Below are positions 19,200 through 31,456 of a DNA stretch of 40,785 nt, one piece after another (the first letter of the stretch is position 1; each line of letters begins with the position of its first letter). A program made the translations under genes and the position numbers. The notes under the pieces were generated by a model. The model worked only from the letters and a program-made list of their open reading frames with translations, was not told the DNA's origin and made no database searches. Origin of the DNA: Spirogloea muscicola (taxonomy: Eukaryota); contig WELB01000027.1 of the NCBI GenBank assembly GCA_009602725.1, positions 569,329 to 610,113 of the forward strand, written 5' to 3'.

Positions 19200-20350
19200 C
19201 TCTGTCGCATGTTTCAACTCTTGTATCGGCTTGGATGGCCTCCCTTTCATTTCATGTGCTCCGCGCGCCTTCTCTTTTCAACCCTTGCCTGGCCTGTTTC
19301 GCTTTGTTGTGGACTGGCTCTCCACGAGCAGTTTCGTGCTTTTTGGGCCCTTGCTTACCTTTTACATCCCTTTACGCCGGCCTCTCACAGCCATTGCCTT
19401 ACATTGAAAGAACTGTTTCTTTCCACAGCCCTCGCCCCTTTTGCAAGAGGTACTCTCTGTCTCCCTCGAGCGTTCGCAGGCTCAAGCGTAACACTTGCAG
19501 GCAGGCCGCGCTTTGGCTGCAGCTTCGGGGGTTGTCTGAGTGGTTCTGTTCAAGCTGCAAATAGCGCCAACTGGCGCTGCTGACTAGGGATCGTTATACT
19601 CCTGGTTGCTGTTAGAATTGTATAGATAGTAAGGAAGTGGCTCTTTGTAAGAGGCGAGGGCTTTGAAAAGCGAGTCTGAGAGAAATCGACAAGGTCCGAA
19701 GGCCGAAAAGTGCATGACCATGCAAGGACCACGTGGGATACTAAGTAATCTCTAGTTAGCAGCTGCAAGTCAGTAAGACTAGCCGCCAGCAAGCAGTCCC
19801 CTTGACGAAAGCCAGAGGCTGCAGCTTGAGCACGGCCAGCACGCAGATGCTCATTGCTGTCAGGTTAAGGCGATGGCTATCAAAGAGAGACTAGCCCAAA
19901 ACGTACACTGTTGAGAAAGCTTCCTTCTTCTTTCACAGCTATCGTCTCTTTCGGAAGAAAAAGCAGCTCTTCTAGAGGATGGACAGCATGTTGAGTGATG
20001 GAGGGCTTGAGTGGCCAAGTACGAAGGCAAGAACAGTGACACATTCACACCAACTGCTGCTAAGACCTTGTCCATTCCTTTGGGCTGGCCTTTCCCAGCC
20101 ACCAGTCAACCTGGCCGCGCTTTCTTCTTGCTAAGAAGAAAGTGCTCGCCCATTGAGAATAGGGGCTGCTAAGATGGGCGACAAGCCAGCCAGCCCACAA
20201 GAAAGTGAGAAGAGCTTCGTCTTGGGAGAGCCACTTTTTTCTGCCCGTTGCGAGGCCGCATGGTGGTCGCCCCGCAGCGAGCTGAGAGCGCCACAGAAAA
20301 AGAAAGCGGCTGCTGATATGAAAGAATCGGCTGTGAAATCGGCCACAGAG
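19200..20350. mobile_element. Cluster of retrotransposon 3'-end fragments in both orientations
   Basis: Tail 19220-19280 resembles 18355-18415. AGRALAAASG fragment at about 19470-19600 (+); LTDLQLLTRDY plus tail at about 19630-19800 (-); tail 20065-20128 (+) between TGCTAAG direct repeats; tails 20132-20210 and 20295-20350 (-). Confidence 0.75.
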
Positions 20351-20449
20351 AGCCCCGCCGTACAATCGCGGCGCCTCCGTTCCCACCCACCTTCGAACCT
20401 CCGCCCTCTCGATAAGGACAGCCGCGGTCTTCGCGCCCTCCCCGCGCNG

Positions 20450-23216
20450 CTGCCGCACGCCAGCGAAGGCCCGTACCCGCCGCTGCCGGCGCTCGCGGCG
20501 CCGGCGCGGCCGTCTGGAGGGCCCTCGGACTCCGCCGCTGCTGCGCCGCCCGCTCCTTGCGGCGGCGCCGCGGGCGACGGGTCCCATCGCGGCCATCAAA
20601 AGATCCTGGAAAAACGCGAGCACCGCGGCGACTCGAACCCGAGTCTTACGTTGGAGAAGACGGTGGGGAGCCTCGGCCGTGACTCCATCTCCACAGGCGC
20701 TGCCCAGATGGGCGAGCTTGACACCTGCCTGGTCCGCAGCTCCGCCTCCCCGGCGAGCCGCAGCCATGGCGGCTCCCCAGCGTCGGCGCCGGCCTCGAGC
20801 GCCGCCGTGGACTCCACGTCGTACCTCCTCGGGCAGCGCGCCGCGCTCGAGCGCGCGCTGGAGCGCGTCCTCCCGCAGCGCGACCGCCTCGTCGCCGCGG
20901 AGGCTGCCGTCGACGAGCTCCGCAGGTTGTCCGACCGCCGACGCTCGTGGTTCCACTCGCCATGTATGAGGTCTGAGCACCACTTACAGTCAGTGCTCTG
21001 CTGCCTGACTCCTGCTCCACTGTTGCTCCTCAGCTCAGCGCACGAGGAGAATGCACGGCTGCGGCGTCTGGAGACCGCCGGCAGCTGCCTCCGAGCTGAG
21101 GCGCTCGCCATGAGGGAGCGTGTGAATGTCATCGAAAGAGTTCGCAACTCTCACGCCCGTCCAGCCTGCTTGCCAGTGGCACTCGAGAGGTCAGCCAGTG
21201 ATGGTTCCTGAGTCAGAAGTCGTGTGGCCGCTGGACTGCAGGATGTGCCGCAGCTAGCAGTTGGCCTCGCAGAGCTGCAGGCCCATCTAGGGAACTGCAC
21301 GGCCGCTGCAGCGCGCGGCGACGACCTCCGGTCGCGTGTGGCGGCGCTCGAGGCCTGCAACAGCCAGCAGCTGGGCATGGCACGCCTCCTGGAGCTCCAT
21401 AGCACCACTCTTCAGCAGCACTCTTCAGCACAGGGCTTTCTTGCCGGGTGAGCGGCCTCCTCCACCTTGTTGATTGTCAATTGGCACCTCAAACCTTCAT
21501 GGGCCACCACAGTGGCACTATCACTTGCATTTGCGCGAAGAATGAATCCTTATCAGGTTTAGGCAGAAGCTATTGTTTGAATCTTTGATCAGTATTTTAT
21601 CAACAGCCTACATCCCATCTCTAGAGAGAGGCGTGGTACTGCTCAACCAGATGCTGACAAAATGAAATCCGCGTGGCATAATCGGCGGCAGGCTTGCTCG
21701 GGGTTTTGGGGAGCGCATGTGGGCATGTGCTTTGCAGGTGCCGGTCTCCTCCTTCTGTGCACAATTTCGCCTCTGTGGACATGTGCTCTGACTGCCTCTT
21801 ACTTACTGTGCAGCCAAGGCCACGCCGAAGGTGTTGCATGACGGGTTTGCTCCAGCTAAACAAGCTCCTGATGCCCTGCTCATAAAGCATGACCCCCACA
21901 AGTGCGGTGCCTGCCCTGGCAGGCCGACCGCCTTGCCGTGTACCTCGCTCGCAAGGTGCTCCTGGACAGCATCGATGGCTGCAATGAGGGCATTCGGTGA
22001 GAGGCATCGGCTCGGTCCACCCCAGAGGGCCGTGTCTCAATCATCCCAGTCAGACCGTACTTTCATACCCAAACCCCAAACCGCAGTGTCTCGCACTTGG
22101 ATGAGTATTTACACTTCCGATCGAGAAGCCTTGCATATGCCACCATTGTGTGGCTGCACCGTGTGGTGGATGACCAACGGGCGGTCGTCCATGACGAAAC
22201 CGTTATCCTTGCGCTTTGAGGGGCGAGCTCCTTCTTGGGACTCCCCTGAGGAAGACAGCCAGACTCGTGCCAGGCCGCTAACCTGGCCCCGAGACGAACG
22301 TCGCTCCTGCCACCTTCTTGCCACGTCAAGTGTTCTCTAGTTGCTGTTCAGTGTATTCAACATCTATAAGCCCCACCACACCATCCCATATTCACTTTGA
22401 AATCTTGAAGGCTTACAAAGCAGAAGGCATGCTAAGGTTGTCAGTCTACGTCCTCATGAGTGCTTGAGTCTCTCTCTGGGCAGCTCTTACAAGCCGGTCA
22501 CATCCAGCATACTTATCAAATTTTATCGTCCTCTCAAAGTCCCCATCATCGTCCCTGCACCTTCATTTGTGTTCCTTTCTACAATCCGCACTATGTGTGT
22601 GCTTTTAAGCTCAGGCAACCTCAGTCTTCATTTCCGATAAGTATCATATTGCCCAACTGCTTCTATATCTGCAGATCTACCTCACATCTGGTGGTCCCCT
22701 TTCACTTTGCTCTTGTGCAGATTGCAAACCTTGGGGTCATCTCTCAGCAAGGGTGCAATTGTGGCCCTGCCCCATCTGGAGGCCGTGCGGAAGCGACGTC
22801 GGGCGCTCGTCGGTGCCACGATGCTGGTGGCATCTGTGGAGGGCAGCTTCCGTCTGCAGCGGGCTCTGCGCCGGCCTCTACCCTCCCTCCTGAAGTCCAT
22901 GACCTCGCCGGTATGCCGCAGCTCTGCTGACTCGATGTTATCAGTCACTGCTTCTTGGCTTCTCGTAGTCAGTGGACTGAACTTACTTTGCATCATGGAG
23001 CAGATGGAGTACGGGCTCCGGGTCGCAAGGCTGGCGGTGTGGGCGTCGGCGTTCGTGGTGGCCACGCAGGAGCTCAAACGCGGCTGCTTCCAGCTTGCCG
23101 ACGCGCTCGAGGATGGCCCGTTGTTCCTGTCAAGCCAGCAGGAGCAGCCTATGCCACAGGGGGCCGGTGAGAAGGGTGCATTAGCAGATGGCCTTGTACC
23201 GGCCGATGCGAGGTAG
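20450..23216 (+). CDS. Putative multi-exon gene, unknown function: coiled-coil N-part, two hydrophobic segments near C-terminus; start uncertain
   Basis: GC-rich coding-like segments with plausible GT-AG junctions: AALERALERVLPQRDRLVAAEAAVDELRR, HEENARLRRLE, DLRSRVAALEACN, ALVGATMLVASVEG, VARLAVWASAFVVATQEL. No family recognised; the middle exons are ambiguous and this could be two genes. Confidence 0.45.
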
Positions 23217-23333
23217 CGGCCGTCCTCGCTTAGTGTGCACGCAGGACACTGTGCTTGGTACCTGCAGCATTGGCTTCCCTTTGCAAATGTCTATGACAGC
23301 AGGATCCTGCTTGGGCTCCTTCCCTGCACTATT

Positions 23334-25988
<2,655 letters not shown>

Positions 25989-26189
25989 CTGCCGCCGCCG
26001 GCGCAGGCGGAGCCGCGGCCGCGGGCGCCGACGGCGCCGGCGCCGCCATCAAAGGGGCGGACGCTAACAGACTTCCATTAGGCGGGCGGCGACAGGCTGA
26101 CCTCTCAATTTGTGAGTCAGGCTTTCCCGGGAGGGGCATTTAATGCCCAAGCTCCATTCTCCTGATCTGCTCTCTCCTTCCTCAAGGAC

Positions 26190-26470
26190 GTTTGTTTCAA
26201 ATACACGAAATATCTCCTTAAGGACACCTACATGTATCTGGCCGGCTTTCACAGCCGCTCTTCTAATATCAGCAGCCGCATCCTCTTTTTCCCCTAATTC
26301 CTCTGCCTTGTCAAGTAGCACTGACCATTTGCGACTGCTGCTGAGAGTTTTTCGAGCATGCCTTGGCCTCCGGTTGTGATGCATCCCTTTTCTTTCTTTG
26401 TCCATGTTGTTTGGGCTGGCATTTCCCAGCACCAACCTTCTTTGGGCGAGCCACTTCTCCTTCGCCTTCC
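26190..26470 (+). mobile_element. Retrotransposon 3'-UTR fragments
   Basis: 26220-26290 resembles 18540-18605. 26390-26465 carries TGTCCAT..TTTGGGCTGGCATTTCCCAGC..TGGGCGAGC. GTTTCAAATACACGAAAT at about 26194 also occurs at 40433. Confidence 0.7.
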
Positions 26471-26659
26471 CTCATCAGTCCTGACTCTCCTTCTCATGCT
26501 GAGTCTCCCACAGTCGCATTACTCGTTCTTGGCCACAGATTCGCAAGCTGCCTCACTGACTTTACTAGCTGCTCTACCTGTGAGCTGGCATGAGTCCAGC
26601 TGCCAAGATGTGGCCGCCGTGAAGCTGTTATTCAAGCGTTCTTATCCTCTTCCAGGTCG

Positions 26660-28112
26660 CCCTCCGCTTTGTCAGCGACGGGCTCTTGGCGGTCCACCCC
26701 AACATGTCCGAGCAGGCTGTTCCTTTCATGCACCTCGCCCACACCCCCGACCTGCGTGCCCAGGCACGCTTCACAACGTTGGTTGAGAAGGCGGCCTCTG
26801 ACCACGTGGTGGAGCTTCTCCCTCTGTCCGACCTTCGCGGGCGTGCCCGGCTTCTTTCAGACTCTTCCCCTGGGGCGGCGGTGTGGCTAAATGCGCTCCC
26901 ACTCTACGCAGCACTTTCTATGCCAGATGAGGTCTACAGGACGGCGGTCCATCGGCTCTTGGGCCTCCTCCCTCCCTGCCTCGTGGGCGTCACTCAGTGC
27001 GAGTTCGGAGCCCGTCACGCCGACCCAGCGGAGCTGGCCGCGCACATGCTCCGTTTCGCGCACGGGGGCGAGCGGACCTGCTCCCATGATCTCCTGCGTG
27101 ATGATATGCAGGGGGTGTTTATGGAGGCGGGCTTTAAGGTGGCGGTGGAGAACGTGACGCCAATCACAGGAGAGCTCGCCCATAGAGAAGAGGGGCTGGC
27201 AAAGCCAACCCAAAAAGAACCCTACAATGTCCAAAGCCAAAGGGAAAAGTGCCGGAAAAGGACTACACTACAAAGCACGAGACGGTGTGGAGGGAGATGC
27301 AGATGGATGCTCAGTATCCACGTGTGAGCAACAGCAGATCAGAGTGACTCGAAGCAGGAAAAGCGGCACTCGGTCGAGACCCGGAAGCAGCAGCCATAGC
27401 ACGGCAGCGCGCGCGTGGACCGCGTGAGCCAAAGAGCGCTGCAGATGGGCGTCCAATCCAGATGGGCGCGGATGGCCAGCCCCATACGCGCCGCGCCGAC
27501 CTGGTCGGGCCATCCCGCCCGGCGGCGGTTCCCGCATCATCGCCGACGTGGTGACAACCGACTGCTTCGACTCCGCCATTCCCACCAGGTCGGCGTCGTT
27601 TGCAGGGCAAGCGGTCGGCCTGGCGGCCCGGGGTAAAGAGCGAGAATATGCCGACCACCAGGTTGGTGACGACTTCGCGGCCCTGGCGATCGACGTTCAC
27701 GGGGCTTTCGGCAGCCGCTGGCTGGATCTCCTCCAGCGGCTTGCCCGTCAGGCCATGACCGGCGGCCGGGTCTGCCAGGGGCGCTGCCCGGCTTCAACGC
27801 CGCCGGTTCGTTAGCCCAGGTCTTCCGCATGCGCCTGGCGGTATCGTTCCAACGATCCCTTGCCCACGTCGTCCACACGCGAGCAGGACGTGCTCTGGCC
27901 GCCGCCTCTGGGTCTTGGCGGAGTGCCTCCTTCCCTGCCACGAGCTACTCCGACCTGATGTTGCTCACTCGAGGGTACTGAGCTTCCCTAGTGCGTTGTC
28001 GTGTTTGGTAGTATAGTCCTTTTTCGGCACCTCTTTCTTAGGCTTTGGCCATTGTCCATTCTTTGTGGGCTGGTTTTGCCAGCCCTCTTCTCTATGGGCG
28101 CGCACTTCTCTT
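26660..28112 (+). mobile_element. 5'-truncated, degenerate RLE non-LTR retrotransposon (CRE-like): zinc-knuckle region, restriction-like endonuclease and 3' UTR, interrupted by a nested copy
   Basis: ARLLS..GAAVWLNALP..AVHRLLGL; degenerate knuckle QCEFG..HMLRFAHGGER..HDLLRD; RLE-like RRADLV..IIADVV..GKEREY..FAALAIDVHGAFG (with frameshifts); ends SYSDLMLLTRGY* (TGA 27979-27981), then a hairpin tail ending ATGGGCGCGCACTTCTC. Clade assignment is from motif recall, not a search. Confidence 0.85.
27166..27452 (-). mobile_element. Nested antisense 3'-end copy of the same retrotransposon group
   Basis: Minus strand reads LQRSLAHAVHARA..AAASGSRPSAAFPASSHSDLLLLTRGY* plus tail. Flanked by CCAATC at 27160-27165 and 27453-27458; removing it restores the host frame VENVTPIQMGADG. 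Confidence 0.88.
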
Positions 28113-28362
28113 ACGTGACCTCGCACTTGCTCACTATACAGTCTCTAGATTAACAGACTTTTAAGTGGTTAAGTGATTAAGTGGTAGGTGCTAAAGAGGT
28201 CGAAGTACGTACATACCAACTTGATGCATTTCCGCTGCTCAAACACAACACCAAGGCCTTACAATACACCAAGGTCTAACAGCATAGACCCTAAGTATGA
28301 GGCACTGACATTGTCCTTAACAGGACACCAAAATCTCTGACATCAACTGATGGCCCCAGTGG

Positions 28363-30776
28363 TCAAGCAACAGCGAGGCTTTGATCAGGAGCACTCGCTT
28401 GCCACGGCTCGGCGGCACTTGACATTTCGGAGACCTCTTCACCATCACCAGTAACAGTGTCAGGCTCAGCCTCTGCAGAAGGTCTTTTTGGCTCCAGGTC
28501 GATGAAGTCGCTCGACCGCGCAGCTAAGTCAGCTATGCTCACGCGGCCCACGCGCACAATGTAGTCTGCCACCGCGCGCATCTCTTCAGGCGACACGTAG
28601 ATGAACTTGCCGCGCTCGTCCATCACACCGGAGATGCGGCCTGCAGCTCGGTCATGGACAACACTAGGTCAGGACTTGGGACGGAAGCATACCAATCTAT
28701 AAATTACTCTTCTTGCCTCCTTGCCTCCTTGCCTTCCATACGCTTAGCTTCCCTCTATCAATTTCATACGCCAGAGCCACCACATTTCCTGCATTGTAGC
28801 AAATCATGGAAAGAGCAAGACTTTCTCGGTCTGAGTCTCACCCATCTGCTCCAGCGCTTGGACGCGATTGACGACTTCCTGCAGCCGCCATGGACAGTAA
28901 AGCCATCAATTACAAAAGAGTGGTACAGGCGCTGGCTTTCAGTTTAGCTGCTTACGAGCAAGTCACACAGGAGCCAAGCGAGAAGCGAGCGCTGACTTGC
29001 GTCCGAAGGCCGAACTCCGCGGCGAGGTCCTCCAGCACGACACACTTGTGCTCCTGACAGGCGAGTTCAGGCATGCAGTGGCATTGTGTCGGGTCAGTCC
29101 AGCCAAAGAACTCAAGGCTACCAGCCAGCTGCCCCTGAATCAGACTGCCTAGACCACAGTGTAGAGCTACCGCCTTAAATTTTCGATAAGAAATTTAAAC
29201 CCTAGATAATGAGCATGGAGCTGGCGGCCTAAGCAGACCAGGAGGACGGGGGCTGAATGGTCTTGGGCAAGCTCAAATTGAGGAGCTGTGGCAGGGCTGA
29301 CACTTAATGCAACATCATTGAAGCTTGTGGCTGGCCACTAGACTAAGAGGACTGATATGCAGTAAATTCACTAGAGTCTATCAAGGATGACTGCGGTCTG
29401 AGTCATAAAGCAGGGTTGGGCACCTTGATGTAATCAACAAACTCGGCAAGGAGGCCCTGGCTCTCGATCGCAGCATCGGCCTCCACAGTGCCCTCGTTCT
29501 CTACGCTAAACATGCCTTTCCAGCTGTCCAGCTCCGCCGCCGCCGCGGCTTCTGAAGCTGCGGCCGCCTCTACCGCCGCCGCCGCCTGGCGCTTCTCCTC
29601 GTCCTCCAGGGCCTTCTCCTTCTGCCGCTGCCGCTCCGCATACGCGTCGCGCTTGTCCTGCTTGGCGTCGCGCACCGCCGCCTCTGCCTGCAGCAAGGGC
29701 CGCCACGAGCTGAAGCCATCCCCTCTGCGGTGTCAGATGGGCATGAAGTTCATGCAGATGACAAATGATTTAGGTTTAGGGTTTAGGGTGTTAAGATTTG
29801 GAGTAGGGTTTGGGGTTTAGGACCAGCTCTGAGGACCCATGTAGTTGCTCTTACGTAGGGGTTATCTACCACGGCTGAAGGTAATGACAGCACCTCACGG
29901 CGGGCTTCCTTTTGCAGACGAATCGCCTCCTTCTTGGAGGTGCCGCCCCCGGCCTGGCCATCGCCAGCGCCTTCCTCCTCGTTCTCTGCATCGCTGCCCT
30001 CAGCTCCATCGGCGTCCTCAGCCTCCTCTCGTGCAATCGGCTCCGTCTCTGCCATGTGCAAGTGTAGCGCCGTGGCACGTGGCGTGTCAAGGTGGTGAAA
30101 GCTAGAGGGAAATAAGACAAAGTAAAGAGGCAAGACAACAAGCTCATTCAAGGAGTAAGAGGGGAAAAGAAAGTCGAGGGAGAGGTCTGAAGGGAGGGAG
30201 GGAGGGAGGGAGGGACTGAGAGCAGGAGGAGGAGGCGAGGGGGGTGGAGGGGCAACCCCGAGGTGCCTCTGCCGCGGCGCGGCCCCGGCGCTGGCGCATG
30301 CGGCTGGTGCCGCTGCGGGCCGCCGGCCGGATGGCCGCGGCCTGCTCCTCGGCGGCCTGCGCCACCCAGCTCAGCTGCCGGTGAGCACCGAAAAGTGAAG
30401 CTCTATGATCCTAATCTTTTTCCATTATCATCAATGCCCTTTTCACATGAAATTAGGGAAAGCTATGGCGGAGGCGTCCTAAGTGCTGCGTGACCCAGCT
30501 CAGCTGCCGCTGAGCACGGACTAGTAAAATTCTATGATCCTAATCATTTTCCATTATGATCAATGCCCTGTTTTCACATGAGATTAGGGAAAGCTGTGGC
30601 GGAGGCGTCCTAAGTGCCGCGTTCATGGCGTCGTCGGCGTCTACCGGCTCCTGCGGCGGCGCGGCGGCGGCGCCGGCCGGGCGGGTGAGCTGGCCGCCGA
30701 GGTACATGGCGGCGGCCGCGGCCGCTGCCAGGAGCAGCACCAGCGCCGCCATGGCCGCCAGCAGGAGCGGGTCCAT
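28363..30776 (-). CDS. DDRGK1: DDRGK domain-containing protein 1 (UFBP1), ER-anchored UFMylation adaptor, about 7 exons
   Basis: N-terminal hydrophobic anchor MDPLLLAAMAALVLLLAAAAAAAMYLG and a charged coiled coil. Motifs WKGMFSVENEG, LLAEFVDYIKEHKCVVLEDLAAEFGLRTQEVVNRVQALE and GRISGVMDERGKFIYVSPEEMRAVADYI..GRVSIADLA; stop at 28363-28365. Confidence 0.95.
29769..29821 (+). repeat. Degenerate interstitial TTTAGGG array in a DDRGK1 intron
   Basis: TTTAGGTTTAGGGTTTAGGGTGTTAAG...GTAGGGTTTGGGGTTTAGG. Confidence 0.75.
30364..30622. repeat. Tandem duplication with a 129-bp period covering DDRGK1 intron 1
   Basis: ACCCAGCTCAGCTGCCG...GGCGGAGGCGTCCTAAGTGC starts at 30364 and again at 30493, with scattered substitutions. 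Confidence 0.9.
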
Positions 30777-30868
30777 GGCGGCCTTGGCGGCCGCCGCCGA
30801 GCCGCCGCTGCCACCGCCGCCGCCACCGCCGCAGGCGGGGCGGCGTAGGAGATGCCCCGGGTGTTGGC

Positions 30869-30962
30869 TTAGGGTTAGGGTTCGTGGTGGGTACATGTAA
30901 CACACAAGGGCTGACGGCAGGGTGTGACGGGTGACGTCCAGCGAAAGTGACGGCAGGTGACC
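30869..30962 (-). promoter_or_regulatory. Putative DDRGK1 proximal promoter: telo-box-like repeat plus four TGACG motifs
   Basis: TTAGGGTTAGGGTT at 30869-30882; TGACG at about 30912, 30925, 30932 and 30948, roughly 100-180 bp upstream of the ATG. Confidence 0.35.
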
Positions 30963-31456
30963 CTTAAACGCCGCAACGGCAACGAAGCGGCGCTTCGTCG
31001 AGCCGTCGGCCCGGGCCGTCAGATCGGACGGATCGGGGCCGACNGCCGGCGCTCAATGGCCCGCCGCCGCCGCGAGGTCAGTGCCCTACCCACCCCGCCG
31101 CTCCGCCGCGGCCGCTGCAAGGCCGGGCCGTCCGCGCCGCGGATCGGGCGAGGCCGCGGCGCTCCATGGCGGCGCTGCGCCTGCTCGCTGGTTCTTATCG
31201 GCAGGCTTTGTGATGGTGCTCTGATCAGTGCTGCCGATGCCGGCTTGCCTTCTGAGCCCCGTCGTCAGCACCTCTCGATCATCTCCGATCGCCAGTGGGA
31301 ATTCCCGCCAAATTCCCCGTTAAGATGTGTCGTCGGGGCCGTCAGAGCCGTCTGACCCTCGCTGCCGGTGGCTGGCGATGTCATGCGCAGCGGCACGGCG
31401 CCAGGCCTAGGCTGCTGGAGAGGCTGCCGTTGTCCATGTGAGAGACGCCGGCAGAG

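Noticed and set aside
20153..20350. N-terminus of the 352-aa ORF as a real gene start
   Set aside because: This part is the reverse complement of retroelement tails; the open frame there is probably incidental.
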